64,000 nucleotides of DNA from a bacterium (GTDB lineage: Bacteria; UBA8248). The notes below the pieces were generated by a model. That model was not told the origin of the DNA, ran no database searches, and saw nothing but the letters and a program-made list of their open reading frames with translations. Each line of letters opens with the position of its first letter. The first letter of the stretch is position 1. The position numbers were made by a program, and so were the translations under genes. Shown one piece after another: positions 9,459 through 22,867 of this stretch. The stretch spans positions 672,001 to 736,000 of the forward strand of contig CBDATS010000004.1 of assembly GCA_965200245.1 (NCBI GenBank). The letters run 5' to 3'.

Positions 9459-11360
9459 TCAAAGGGTTATGGTGGTTCCCGCCGCCAGGGGGTCGTCGAG
9501 CGCGACGAGTAGAGCCTCCATCACGCGGGCCGGGTCGACGCGCCCCTCGAGAATCAGCATGAAACCGTCCATCAATTCGCGCCTCATCCAACCCGCGAAC
9601 ACCGCCGCCTCCTCGAATGCTGCCCTGTCCGTCTGCAGACCCCCGGAGCTTCCATCCAGAAATATCTCCCCGATTTTTTCCTCCAGGGTGCGAACGGGCG
9701 GACCCTTCTTCTCGAAGGACATTTCATAGGCGAGGAGTCCATCCTGAATGAAACAACAGTACCTCTCATCTCGCGTCTGGCCGGGTTCGACAATGATGAG
9801 CCTCCTCTTCTCGACGGAAGGCCCCGAGAGGGCGTATATCCTCGCCAGATGATGGACACGGGCGATATAGCGTCTGAGTTTCCCGGGCGAGGGTCCCTCC
9901 TCTCCCCAGGCTTTCTGCAGAAGAGAGAATACGCCCTTGTCCTCCTTTGGGAGACGCCCATCGAGGATACCTTCAAGCGTCTCAAAGAGTTTCGCGCATT
10001 CTGAGTCCGGCAGCCGGGGCGGGTTCTTCCCACGCGAGAGAGCACCGGGCTTTCCGGAATCGCACGGTGTTTCCGGCACCTTGCGGGGCAGCGGAAAGGC
10101 GGCGGAGATGGCACTCAGCAAATCGGTGAGTTGTGTTTTTTTCCGAAACGGACCGTAGTAGCAGGCACCGTCCTGCGCCAGACAGGAGACGCCGGAGACT
10201 CCGGGCCGGGCGCCGTTTGCCGAGAGCCTCAGGAAACCCCCGCCCGATACGGAGAGGTTCCCGTTTACCAGACTCGCTTTTTGCATCGCCCGGAACGCCT
10301 CTACGTTCATGACCAGTTCGCTTCGCAGGCTCTTCGCCTCTACCTGGCGGACACCCTTCAGTCTCTGGGCGAACCGGCTGGCGGACCGGTTCCTGGGATA
10401 GAACAGGTCCCGCACCGCCCGCTGTATGTCATTGGCCTTTCCTGCGAAGACGAGTTTTTCCTCCCTGTCATAGAGGCGGTACACGCCGCGACCGCGTGGC
10501 AGGGACTCGATCTGCGCCGGGTCGAACTGAATCCCTTCCGCCATCGGCGGGGAAACTTTCTCCTCAGATTGCTGAAACGCGAGCAGGGATTCGAGGCTAT
10601 CCAGTCCCAACAGCCGACACATTTGCATGAAGCGGATGAATAACTGTGCCGTCGTCTCGGCGTCGCCCAAAGCGCGGTGTCTCCCTTCCCCGGATTCGGG
10701 AAGACCGAGTGTAGCGCTCAGTTCGCCGAGATTGAAGCGTTTTTGGTTTGGCAGAAGCAGGTTTGCCAATTCGAACGTGCAGAGAACCGTAGGAGAAAAG
10801 TCGCGATTCAGGAATTCCCGGGCGTAATACTGAAGAAAATGGAGGTCGAAATTCGCGCAATGGGCGACGAACACGCAGCCTTCGATGAAGTCCAGAAATC
10901 CGGGCAGCACCTCCGTCAACCCTGGTTTGTCCGCCACCATGGCTTCGGTAATACCCGTCAGGCGAACGACGTTCCAGGGGATATCCCGGCCCGGGTTGAC
11001 CAGGGCGTCCCATGAATCCACCACCTCGCCCGCACGAATCCTGACGGCAGCCAACTCCGTGATCCGGTGCTGGGGAGGACGCCCGCCCGTGGTCTCGATG
11101 TCGACCACAGCGAATGTGGTTTGCGGAAAGTGGGGGCGGGAAAGCAAACGAGCGGCCTCGTCCACGCTCATGAGGCCACTCCTGCCGTTTCCGGAACTTC
11201 TCTCCAGAAGAGGCCCCAGGATAGCGAACGCCGCCAGATCGCCTATCTCTTCGAGGTTCAATGAGTTGAGAATGTATTGAAACGTGTCTGATTCCTGAAT
11301 CGCCAACTGTTCGTTTCGTGTCGTTTCCTGATCCATGAACCTGCGCTTTTGTGAAGACAT
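9459..11360 (-). CDS. DEDD (DnaQ-like) exonuclease fused to a degenerate GIY-YIG/UvrC-like domain
   Basis: VVDIETTG, VAHCANFD, HRALGDA; then GVYRLYD...FAGKA and YYGPF; start uncertain. Confidence 0.85.
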   Translation of the reverse strand: MSSQKRRFMDQETTRNEQLAIQESDTFQYILNSLNLEEIGDLAAFAILGPLLERSSGNGRSGLMSVDEAARLLSRPHFPQTTFAVVDIETTGGRPPQHRITELAAVRIRAGEVVDSWDALVNPGRDIPWNVVRLTGITEAMVADKPGLTEVLPGFLDFIEGCVFVAHCANFDLHFLQYYAREFLNRDFSPTVLCTFELANLLLPNQKRFNLGELSATLGLPESGEGRHRALGDAETTAQLFIRFMQMCRLLGLDSLESLLAFQQSEEKVSPPMAEGIQFDPAQIESLPRGRGVYRLYDREEKLVFAGKANDIQRAVRDLFYPRNRSASRFAQRLKGVRQVEAKSLRSELVMNVEAFRAMQKASLVNGNLSVSGGGFLRLSANGARPGVSGVSCLAQDGACYYGPFRKKTQLTDLLSAISAAFPLPRKVPETPCDSGKPGALSRGKNPPRLPDSECAKLFETLEGILDGRLPKEDKGVFSLLQKAWGEEGPSPGKLRRYIARVHHLARIYALSGPSVEKRRLIIVEPGQTRDERYCCFIQDGLLAYEMSFEKKGPPVRTLEEKIGEIFLDGSSGGLQTDRAAFEEAAVFAGWMRRELMDGFMLILEGRVDPARVMEALLVALDDPLAAGTTITL

Positions 11361-11499
11361 GGGGCGTAGTTCGCTGCACAAGCTCTTAATGTAGCAGAAA
11401 GCGACTCATGCTCATAGCCCTGTACCCTTAGGCTCGTTCACCAGTCGCTCTTGTTTTGGTATAAACCAGAGATATGATCTTTTCGTGAGGAGAGCAGCC

Positions 11500-11910
11500 T
11501 TGTTCGGAAGCATTGGAATGACGGAGTTGATCGTGATCATGGTGGTCGCCCTGATCGTCATCGGCCCCAAGCGTCTGCCGGAGTTGGCCCGCACGCTCGG
11601 GAAGGCACTGGGCGACTTCAAGCGCGCGACGTCGGACTTTCAGAACAGCTTCAGCATGGAAGACGACTACGACCTCGACGTGCTTGATGAAGAGGCGAAG
11701 AAGAGCGAGAAGAAGACGACAGACGACGATTCGGAAGACAACGAAGAAGACGACACGGTGAATGCGGACGCCGAGCCGAACCAATCCGAAACGCAGGCAT
11801 CCACGCCCGATACGGGCGACGACGCGCCTGAGACCGAAGCCACCGCTGCGGAGAACGAGGCGGCTGCGGGGAAGACCGGGCCCGCGCAAGAGGACGAAAA
11901 ACAGACGTGA
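11500..11910 (+). CDS. tatB: Tat translocase TatB/TatA-family subunit with acidic tail
   Basis: MFGSIGMTELIVIMVVALIVIGPKRLPELARTLG; directly upstream of tatC. Confidence 0.8.
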   Translation: MFGSIGMTELIVIMVVALIVIGPKRLPELARTLGKALGDFKRATSDFQNSFSMEDDYDLDVLDEEAKKSEKKTTDDDSEDNEEDDTVNADAEPNQSETQASTPDTGDDAPETEATAAENEAAAGKTGPAQEDEKQT

Positions 11911-12665
11911 GCGGCGATACCTCCATGTCCCTCACCGGGCACCTGACGGAACTGCGTAACAGAATCCTCTACATCCTGGGCACGATCCTCGTCGTGTTCC
12001 TGAGTGCCTATTATTTTTCAGCCGAACTTCTGACCCTCATGCAGCGCCCCATCGCAGAACAGAAACTCGTTTTTCTCTCGCCGACGGAGGCGTTTTTCGC
12101 GCACATCAAGGTCTCGTTCTTCGCCGCCGTGTTCATCAGCCTGCCCATCATCCTGTTCCAGATATGGCGCTTCTGCGCCCCCGGCCTGCTGGATCGCGAG
12201 AAGCGTTATATCGTGCCCTTCGTTTTTTTCTCGACGCTGAGCTTCATTGTTGGAGCTCTGTTCTGTTATTTCCTGATACTGCCTTACGGCCTCGCCTTCC
12301 TGTTGAGTTTCGCCACCGAAGCGCTGACGCCGCAGATTTCGATAGGGTTCTACATCTCTTTCGCCTTCAAGCTCATCTTTACGTTCGGCCTCGTTTTCGA
12401 AGTGCCAATCGTCACCATTTTGCTCGTGCAGATCGGCGTCATCACGCCGGATTTCCTTTCGAAAAACAGAGGCTATGTCATCGTCGGTGCTTTCGTTCTC
12501 TCCGCCCTGCTCACGCCGCCCGACGTGGTGACGCAGGTGTTTCTCGCAGGTCCCGTCATCGTGCTGTTCGAGATAAGCATTATCGTTTCGAAAATCATCA
12601 TGAAGCGGAAGAAAAAGCGCCAGGAGGAATGGGAAAAGCAATGGGAAGACGACGATCCGGACTAG
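11907..12665 (+). CDS. tatC: Tat translocase TatC
   Basis: HLTELRNR, SPTEAF, APGL...E, FEVP, LTPPDV. Confidence 0.95.
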   Translation: MSGDTSMSLTGHLTELRNRILYILGTILVVFLSAYYFSAELLTLMQRPIAEQKLVFLSPTEAFFAHIKVSFFAAVFISLPIILFQIWRFCAPGLLDREKRYIVPFVFFSTLSFIVGALFCYFLILPYGLAFLLSFATEALTPQISIGFYISFAFKLIFTFGLVFEVPIVTILLVQIGVITPDFLSKNRGYVIVGAFVLSALLTPPDVVTQVFLAGPVIVLFEISIIVSKIIMKRKKKRQEEWEKQWEDDDPD

Positions 12666-12730
12666 ACTTCATGGTCGACCCTTTGCCCCTTATGTGAACC
12701 CGGTCCCCGGAAGCGAAAGAGGAGGCACTC

Positions 12731-13468
12731 TTGAATCCCCCGGACCCACGTGCCGAACTGGCCCCGGTCGATAGAATCATCTGCGCCCTGGATGTCCCCA
12801 CGCTTTCCGAGGCGATTCGCCTGATGGACACGCTGGAAGACGAAGCTCGCTGGTTCAAGATCGGGATGGAACTTTTCACAGGCGAAGGTCCTCCGGCCGT
12901 AGAAGCCGCACTCAAGCGCGGGGCAGGAGTTTTTCTCGACCTGAAATACCACGACATTCCCGCCACGGCCCAAAGGGCCGTGAAATCGGCGGGCGAGTGG
13001 GGGGTATCGTTACTGACCGTACATGCGGCAGGCGGCCCCGCCATGCTGGAAGCCTGTGCGCGAGGCCGGGATACGTGCCGCAATCCACCGGCCATCCTTG
13101 CTGTCACGGTGCTCACGAGCCTGGATGCGCGGGCGCTTCGCGCCATTGGCATCTCAGAAGAGGTCGAAGCCCAGGTGCTCGCCATGGGTCGCCTAAGCCA
13201 GGAGGCCGGTCTTGACGGCGTGGTCGCCGCTCCCGGGGAGGTGGCTGCACTCAGACGTTCACTGGGCGATGAACCCCTGATCGTGACGCCAGGGGTTCGG
13301 CTCGAAAGTGATGCGCATGACGATCACTCCCGTGCGCAAACACCCTCGCGCGCGATTCGGGACGGTGCGAACCTGCTGGTAGTCGGCAGGCCCATCCGTG
13401 ATGCGCAAGAACCCAAAGCCGCCCTGCGCGCTTTCGTGGACGCTATCGCACGCGCGCAATCCCGGTGA
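12731..13468 (+). CDS. pyrF: orotidine-5'-phosphate decarboxylase
   Basis: ICALD, FLDLKYHDIPAT, AVTVLTS, VTPGVR, VVGRPI. Confidence 0.95.
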   Translation: MNPPDPRAELAPVDRIICALDVPTLSEAIRLMDTLEDEARWFKIGMELFTGEGPPAVEAALKRGAGVFLDLKYHDIPATAQRAVKSAGEWGVSLLTVHAAGGPAMLEACARGRDTCRNPPAILAVTVLTSLDARALRAIGISEEVEAQVLAMGRLSQEAGLDGVVAAPGEVAALRRSLGDEPLIVTPGVRLESDAHDDHSRAQTPSRAIRDGANLLVVGRPIRDAQEPKAALRAFVDAIARAQSR

Positions 13469-13481
13469 GTGTCCACACGCC

Positions 13482-13739
13482 ATGAAAGGGGAAACACAGC
13501 GGATTCGCCTCACCGTTCAGGGCCGGGTGCGGGACGCCTGATATCGGGACAGCCTCCAGGAAATCGCCTGGGAACCCGGCCTCACGGGAAGGATGAGAAA
13601 TTCAGCCGACCGAGGCGGTGATTTGGACGCCGAAGGCGAGGTCTCCCTGCTCAAATCCTTCAGGACATGGTGCCGGCAGGGACCGCCTCCAGCAACAATC
13701 GATAACATTCCTGCAGGACAAAACGACACTCTGTGGTGA
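13482..13739 (+). pseudogene. acyP: acylphosphatase, decayed (not in ORF track)
   Basis: VQGRVRDA*YR...GLTGRMRN...AEG...WCRQGPP; in-frame TGA at 13539-13541. Confidence 0.75.
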
Positions 13740-13768
13740 ACCGGCGTTGTTCGGGGTGCGCTGAACCG

Positions 13769-14668
13769 CTAGACACCCGAAAATCCGGTCCAGAAGATGA
13801 GGTAGGAGGAAATGGCGTTCAGGTAGTTCGAGATCAGCAGGAGGCCCACGAGCAGGAGCATGGCGCTGCTCGCTATTTCCACCCCGTGGAAATAGCGCCG
13901 GAAAGACTGATAGAACCGGAAGAAATACCCCACGCACAGGCCGCTCAGGAGAAAAGGAACGCCCAGACCCGCGGAATAGCTTGCCAGCAAAACGACGCCC
14001 TGGCCCGCCGTTTGCTGCGTACCCGCAAACAGGAGGATGCTCCCGAGAATCGGGCCGACGCAGGGCGTCCAGCCGGCGGCGAAAGTAACGCCCACCAGCA
14101 TGCTGCCGAGCCAGCCTGCGGGCTTGCTCTTCAACATGATACGGCTCTCCGAGGAAAGCACGGGCGCGAAAACGGCCACGAAGACATAGAGAGCGCCGGC
14201 CGAGAACACCCCGCCCAGTGTGGGATAGCCTTTTTGCAGACCCGCCAGCCCCGCCAGGAAAACCACGGCGGCGAACGCACCGCTCACAGCGGTCGGTTTT
14301 TCGGAGAAAAATCCCTGAACCCTGAAATCGAAGGCCCTGTCGCCGACGTAGAGGCCAAACATGGTGATCAAGATGCCGCCCAGTAGCCTTATGTGGTCCT
14401 GAAATTCAAAGAGGAGGTTCCCCAGAAAAGACACGCTGGCACCCAGCAGGACGAAGACGATGGAAAATCCCGCGACGAAGAACAGGGAATTCACCAGGGT
14501 GACGCTTCGAACGCGGGCGGCCTCGCCGCTCTCGCGTATTTCCTCATAGGACAAACCGGTCAGGTAGGAAAAATAGCTGGGAACCAGCGGGAGAATGCAG
14601 GGGGAGGCGAAACTCAACACCCCCGCCGCAAAAGCGAGGCTCAAGGACACGTTTTCCGGGGCCATCAT
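13769..14668 (-). CDS. ccdA: cytochrome c biogenesis protein CcdA
   Basis: SFASPCILPLVP and FAAGWTPCVGPILGSIL. Confidence 0.92.
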   Translation of the reverse strand: MMAPENVSLSLAFAAGVLSFASPCILPLVPSYFSYLTGLSYEEIRESGEAARVRSVTLVNSLFFVAGFSIVFVLLGASVSFLGNLLFEFQDHIRLLGGILITMFGLYVGDRAFDFRVQGFFSEKPTAVSGAFAAVVFLAGLAGLQKGYPTLGGVFSAGALYVFVAVFAPVLSSESRIMLKSKPAGWLGSMLVGVTFAAGWTPCVGPILGSILLFAGTQQTAGQGVVLLASYSAGLGVPFLLSGLCVGYFFRFYQSFRRYFHGVEIASSAMLLLVGLLLISNYLNAISSYLIFWTGFSGV

Positions 14669-14763
14669 TCTCCCTCATCCTGTTCCCGGCCGCCATGCGC
14701 ACGATACGAGCCTTTACCTGCCACAGGAAAACGGACTCCGGGCCGAAAGCAGGAAAAACCGAA

Positions 14764-17368
<2,605 letters not shown>

Positions 17369-17372
<4 letters not shown>

Positions 17373-18973
17373 GAAAATCCTAGTCTGACGAGGAATGCGT
17401 CGTGGACAAGGGGAATGGCGCGAATTTCGTTCATGACGGGCTCAGGCACCGGGTCGTCGAGTATCAGGATGGCGACAGCCATGTCCTGCTGCCACACCCT
17501 GCCCAACTGCATGCCCGCGATGTTGATGTTGTGGTTCCCCAGTAAGGTGCCGATTTTGCCGATCATTCCGGGCCTGTCTTCGTTTCGGAAAACAAGGAGA
17601 TAGCCTCGAAGCGCCACGTCGACCGAGTAGTCGTCTATCTGGACGATTCTGGGATCGCCTTTTCTCGGGAAAGTTCCCGCCACGGAGCGTTCTCCATGAT
17701 CGGTTCTCACGCGAAGTTCAATGAGGTCCGTATAGAGCAGATTGTCCGAACGGGTGGTGGTCCTCACTTCGATACCGCGCTCTTTCGCGAGCAGGAGGCC
17801 GTTCACCATGTTCACGCGCACACTCGACAGGAACCGACCCAGCATGCCCTTGATGGCCGAGGCGGCCAAGGCCATCATGGGCATCTCGATGGGGCCACCA
17901 TAGACCACCTCGAGCGTCTGCAGTCCCCCGCCCGCGAGCTGGGCCAGGAAATCGCCGAGGCGATCGGCCAGATCGAGATGGGGGCCGATCTGCTCAAGCA
18001 TTTCGGGGCCAAGGGAGGGCAGGTTCACGGCATGCCCGACCACGCCTTCGGTCAGATAGGCCACGACCTGCCTTGCCACGCTGGTCGCTACGTTCTCCTG
18101 CGCTTCAGAGGTCGAAGCGCCCAGGTGCGGCGTACAAACCACATCGTCACGCCCGATGAGCGGATCGTCCGAATCGGGAGGTTCTTTCTCATACACGTCC
18201 ACCGCGACGCCCGCCACCTTGCCACTTTCAAGCGCCTCGGCCAGTGCATGATTATCAATAAGCCCGCCTCGGGCACAGTTGATAATCCGAACGCCGTCAC
18301 GCATGGAGGCGAGCTCCGCAGCGCCAATCAGGTTCCCCGTTTCGGACGTTTTGGGAATGTGCAGGGTGATATAGTCCGACTGGGCCAGAAGTTCATCGAA
18401 GTCCACCGGGCTCACGCCGCGCTGTGAGATCACCTCGGCGGAAATATAGGGGTCATAGGCGAGAACATTCATCCCCAGGTTGCGGGCGAAGGTCGCCGTC
18501 TGCGAACCCACGCGCCCCATGCCAACGACGCCCAGGGTTTTGGAAGACAGTTCGCTGCCCACGAAGCGGTTGCGTTCCCATTTCCCTCCCTTGAGAGAGG
18601 AGACGGCCGAAGGAATCTTGCGGGCGAGTGAGAACATCATCGCGACGGTATGCTCTGCCGTGGTGATGACGTTGCCGTCGGGCGCATTCACCACTAGAAT
18701 ACCGCGCATGCTGGCGGCATCGAGGTCCACATTGTCCACCCCGATGCCCGCGCGGGCAACCACCTTGAGCGTCTCGCCTGCACCCAGAAGTTCCTCGTCC
18801 ACGCGCGTGCCGCTCCTGATGATCAGAGCGTCCGCCATCTTCGCGGCTTCGAGTATTTTCTCGCGCGGCGATGAGGCGAGGTCAAGGATATCGAAACCCT
18901 CCTGGGTCTCAAGGATTTCCTTCGCCCTCGGGGATAACGGTTCGCAGATCACAACGCGATACGTCTGGCTCAT
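17369..18973 (-). CDS. serA: D-3-phosphoglycerate dehydrogenase
   Basis: RAGIGVDNVD, GMGRVG, NCARGG, TPHLGAST, C-terminal ACT domain. Confidence 0.97.
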
Positions 18974-20109
18974 TCGCTGAACACCTCTTGCGCCGCCGCA
19001 AGGCCGCGCCCCTTTTCAAGTACAAGGCCCAGTTCGGCCAAAGTCGATTCCAGCGCGCCGACCGTGACAAGCACATCGGATGAGTCCACATAGCCCAAGT
19101 GACCTATCCGGAATATCCTGCCGCTCAGGCCGTCCTGTCCGCCAGCGATGGTCACACCATGCACACCCTGCATCCGCCTCGGAATGGCCTTGCCATCGAC
19201 TCCATCGGGCACGCAAACGGTGGTCAGGGCCTCGCTTCTCGAATCGCGGGGAAAGATAGTCAGTCCCATCGCCTCGACCGCAGCCTGCGTGGCTCGTGCA
19301 AGCCTCGCATGGCGCGCGAAAATATTCTCCAGACCCTCCTCGCGCATCATGTCGAGCACGACCGCCAGTCCCGCCAACAGCGAGATTGCGGGCGTCCAGG
19401 CGGTGGTGTTCTTCATCTGGCTCTTTCGCTCGATGGAGAGGTCGAAATAATACCTGGGCGAGGTCGATTCCGACGTCGCGCGCCAGGCCCTCTCGCTCAT
19501 CCAGACGAAGGCCAGTCCGGGCGGAAGCATCAATGCTTTCTGGCTCCCGGTAATCACGACGTCAATATCCCATTCATCGGTCTTGAGGTCGTAGACGCCC
19601 AGCGCGGTGATGGCGTCCACCACCACGAGCGTATCAGGCGAGCGCTCGCGCACGATGCGCGCGACGGACTGCACATCGTGCTTGGCTCCTGTCGAGGTCT
19701 CGCTCGCCTGCATCAGCAGGGCCTTGTGTCCCCCCCGCGCGAGGCGTTCTTCCAGTTCGTCCAGGCCCACTGAACGGCCCCATTCGACTTTCAGAACGTC
19801 CGCCTCGATGCGGTAGGCCGCGCAAAGCTCCGTCCAGCGCTCGCCGAACTTGCCGCCTTCGATAACGAGCGCGGAATCGCCCGGGGAGAGCAGGTTCGCC
19901 ACCGCCGCCTCCATGCCGCCCGAACCTGAAGCGGCGAGGGTGATGACGTCACCGCTCGCCTGAAAAAGCCACTCGAGGCCGCGCCGTGCCCCTTCGAAGT
20001 GCGCCTCGAACTCCGGGGTGCGGTGATGAATCAGGGGCCGCGACATGGCTTCGAACACCCGGTGGGGAACCGGCGTGGGACCTGGGGCCATGAGATGTTT
20101 CTTGTTCAT
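18970..20109 (-). CDS. class V PLP aminotransferase (alanine-glyoxylate/serine-pyruvate type, likely phosphoserine aminotransferase role)
   Basis: APGPTP, ETSTG, VDAITA, GSQKALMLPPG, RIGHLG; upstream of serA. Confidence 0.9.
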   Translation of the reverse strand: MNKKHLMAPGPTPVPHRVFEAMSRPLIHHRTPEFEAHFEGARRGLEWLFQASGDVITLAASGSGGMEAAVANLLSPGDSALVIEGGKFGERWTELCAAYRIEADVLKVEWGRSVGLDELEERLARGGHKALLMQASETSTGAKHDVQSVARIVRERSPDTLVVVDAITALGVYDLKTDEWDIDVVITGSQKALMLPPGLAFVWMSERAWRATSESTSPRYYFDLSIERKSQMKNTTAWTPAISLLAGLAVVLDMMREEGLENIFARHARLARATQAAVEAMGLTIFPRDSRSEALTTVCVPDGVDGKAIPRRMQGVHGVTIAGGQDGLSGRIFRIGHLGYVDSSDVLVTVGALESTLAELGLVLEKGRGLAAAQEVFSE

Positions 20110-20336
20110 TTTCTCGCCTCTTTCCTTGCCTTTGCCATTGCGAACAACCACGGAATTCCAAGCAACAAAGATATACCATTCCACAAAAACCCCTCAAGCG
20201 GATAGCTCCTGAAAATCGACCCCCAAGCGTCGTTCCCTGTCGTTTTCGCCGGATGAGAACAGGGAAACTTCTGGAACAAAGCGTGGAACGGCGCACCTGG
20301 AACACGCCTTCGCTCGAGAAGCGATATCCTACCGGA

Positions 20337-20760
20337 TCAGTCATTCATGCGCACCCCTATGGAGCCTTTGAGCAGATGAAAGTTTCCCATATCGAAGAAC
20401 ACCCGGAGATTCTCCCCCACCCGGGCGCGAAAATGACCTTCCTCCTTCACGCGGGGGTCAATCTCCCCCAGGGGAATCCGGCGCACGCGGAAGACGAAAG
20501 CCGTGTTTTCGTATACCGTCATATGAGGACAGGAGACATCGTTCTGGAACACCATGGCCATGTTGCGATCCCTGGCGGGACTCCCGTTCATGCGCCCACC
20601 CGACACACGTATCTCGCCCCCGCGGGAAACTCCAGACCCGCCACCATCCGCAGCGTCGTCGTCTTCCCGCAGCCCGACGGTTCAACCAGGATCAGGAACT
20701 CTCCCTCTCGTTTGGTTGCGCGGCCGGGCATCAGGTGCTCATAATGGAAACTATCCATGA
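20337..20760 (-). pseudogene. MalK-like sugar ABC ATPase remnant
   Basis: [25 protein letters not shown], then shifted RDRNMAMVFQN...PHMTVYEN. Confidence 0.75.
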
Positions 20761-20941
20761 CACAAAACAGGAGACGCGCGGTGAAGACGCAACTGGCGAT
20801 CATGGCCGTCGCGGCGATTGCCATCAGGGGGGCGGCGCAGGCTCCGGGTCGGAGACCGGACGTCAGGGTACGTATCGCTACCGAGGACACTTGTCCCTCA
20901 AATGGTTCGACATCGACTTGTTACCCAGGGGATGACCCGAG

Positions 20942-21824
20942 ATGAGCGAAGAGACCGCACAACAAAAAGACAGCGCAGAAACCAGGTCCGCAGGGAAAAG
21001 TTCTTCCGTATTCACCAGGGGGGGGAGACGCCAGGAAAACCCCGCGCCAGAAGCTGACCAAAAGGGTATATGAGGCTGAACTCGCACGGCTCCAGATAGA
21101 GCTCGTGAAGCTCCAGGAATGGATAAAGGACAGGGGTCTTAAAGTCGTCATCCTTTTCGAGGGAAGGGACGCGGCCGGCAAGGGCGGCGTCATCAAACGC
21201 ATTACACTGAGACTCAACCCGCGGGTCTGCCGCGTCGTGGCCCTCGGAACACCCACCGAGCGCGAGCGCACACAGTGGTATTTTCAGCGCTACGCGGCCC
21301 ACCTGCCCGCGGCGGGCGAAATGGTGCTCTTCGATCGCTCCTGGTACAATCGCGCGGGCGTGGAGCGGGTGATGGGCTTTTGTACGGATGAAGAATACCG
21401 CGAGTTTCTGCACTCATGCCCGACATTCGAGCGGATGCTGGTGCGATCCGGTATCATCCTGATCAAATACTGGTTCTCGGTGAATGATGAAGAGCAGGAA
21501 CGCCGCTTTCAGGCGCGCCTCGACGACCCCACGCGGCACTGGAAACTCTCGCCGATGGACATGGAATCACGCAACCGCTGGGTAGAATACTCGAAAGCCA
21601 AGGATGAGATGTTCGCCCACACCGACATCAAGCAAGCCCCCTGGTACGTGGTGGACGCGGATTCAAAGCGCCGCGCGCGGCTGAACTGCATCCACCACCT
21701 GCTCTCCCTCATCCCGTATGAAGACCTGACACCCGACCCGGTCACCCTGCCCCCACGTCGATCCGAGCAAGCCTACGTGCGTCCCCCCATAAGCGAGCAA
21801 ACTTTCGTACCGGATCGATATTGA
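20942..21824 (+). CDS. ppk2: polyphosphate kinase 2; 5' part out of frame at a G8 run
   Basis: FEGRDAAGKGG, FDRSWYNRAGVE, WKLSPMD; conserved YEAELARLQIEL lies upstream of the track start 21105. Confidence 0.9.
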
Positions 21825-21924
21825 GGGGCACCCACTCGGCTATCAATATTCAGGGAAGGGAATTTATGCACTTTACCCACCCCACCCGTAGCGTTGGGGG
21901 ACGCGGCGATATGGGTACGGAGCT

Positions 21925-22530
21925 TTAATCAGGCAAGTCAAAACCCTTGGCTTCTAATACCTTGTCTCGAAGCAACACACCAATCACTTTGAGAACTTGA
22001 CTCACTTCTAGTCCATGTTTATAGGCTGATGTTTTAACCCGCACATCCAAGGGAAATTGATACTCTTCTCTTATATTAGGATCGTTTATAAGTTCATCTT
22101 CTGCATACTTAAAACACATTTCTTGGATTTCATATGGAGGCATATCGCTGGCTCTGGAAATAAAAGTTTCCGCACGATCCTCAACCACCTCTTTCGCTTT
22201 TATCTCTTCAGCAATTTGTTTTCCTAGATCAGTCAGTGTTATGGGACTTGACATTTTTGTAGTGTCTTGGGGAAGAGCATGAAATATCTTTTTGACATCC
22301 TCGCGCATCTCTTCCATAAATTTTGTTAAATTCTCTTCCAATGTTTTCAAGCTATTTGATAAGAAGGTTTGGTTTGAATCAACAAGAGTTTTCCATCCTG
22401 CAATTTTCCAAGTGATAAAAATTGCGACAAGCATAATCAAAAATACAAGAACAACGATGGCAATGATACTTCCTCGCAAAGCAGATTCAATCAATTCCAA
22501 CAAAGATATTATTTCAGAAGTCGGGGGCAT
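21925..22530 (-). CDS. hypothetical membrane-anchored protein, AT-rich insert
   Basis: One N-terminal TM helix and coiled segment; clear GC drop. Confidence 0.7.
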   Translation of the reverse strand: MPPTSEIISLLELIESALRGSIIAIVVLVFLIMLVAIFITWKIAGWKTLVDSNQTFLSNSLKTLEENLTKFMEEMREDVKKIFHALPQDTTKMSSPITLTDLGKQIAEEIKAKEVVEDRAETFISRASDMPPYEIQEMCFKYAEDELINDPNIREEYQFPLDVRVKTSAYKHGLEVSQVLKVIGVLLRDKVLEAKGFDLPD

Positions 22531-22610
22531 AATCAGGGGCTCGTATACATAGGTGACAAGGCAAACACCTTAGCTTGTTTATGAATATTTTATGATTGCT
22601 TATCAAGGAT

Positions 22611-22835
22611 AAGGCGGCGCATTTCTGCTAAAATGGGGCTGTCAGAAGCCCGGTCATTCAGCAAAGAGGAGATGCGCCACCATGCAGAAAGATACGATGA
22701 TTCCCCTCATGAATCCGGCCTGCGGGACGAGCTGAGTGAACTGTTGCGTGCGAGTGCGCAACGCATCATACGCCAGGCCGTGGAAGTGGAGTTAGGAGCC
22801 TTCCTGCAAAAGCATTCGGCCGCGCGTGACGCGCA
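22611..22835 (+). mobile_element. IS256-family 5' remnant
   Basis: DNA similar to the reverse complement of ~34170-34382; DELSELLRASAQRIIRQAVEVEL. Confidence 0.8.
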
Positions 22836-22867
22836 GATTAGTCATAACTAATTTCGGGGAGACCTTG

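Noticed and set aside
13539-13541. In-frame TGA in acyP as possible Trp/Sec recoding
   Set aside because: Core genes here (tatB, pyrF, purA) terminate with TGA, and acyP has other degenerate residues, so a pseudogene is simpler
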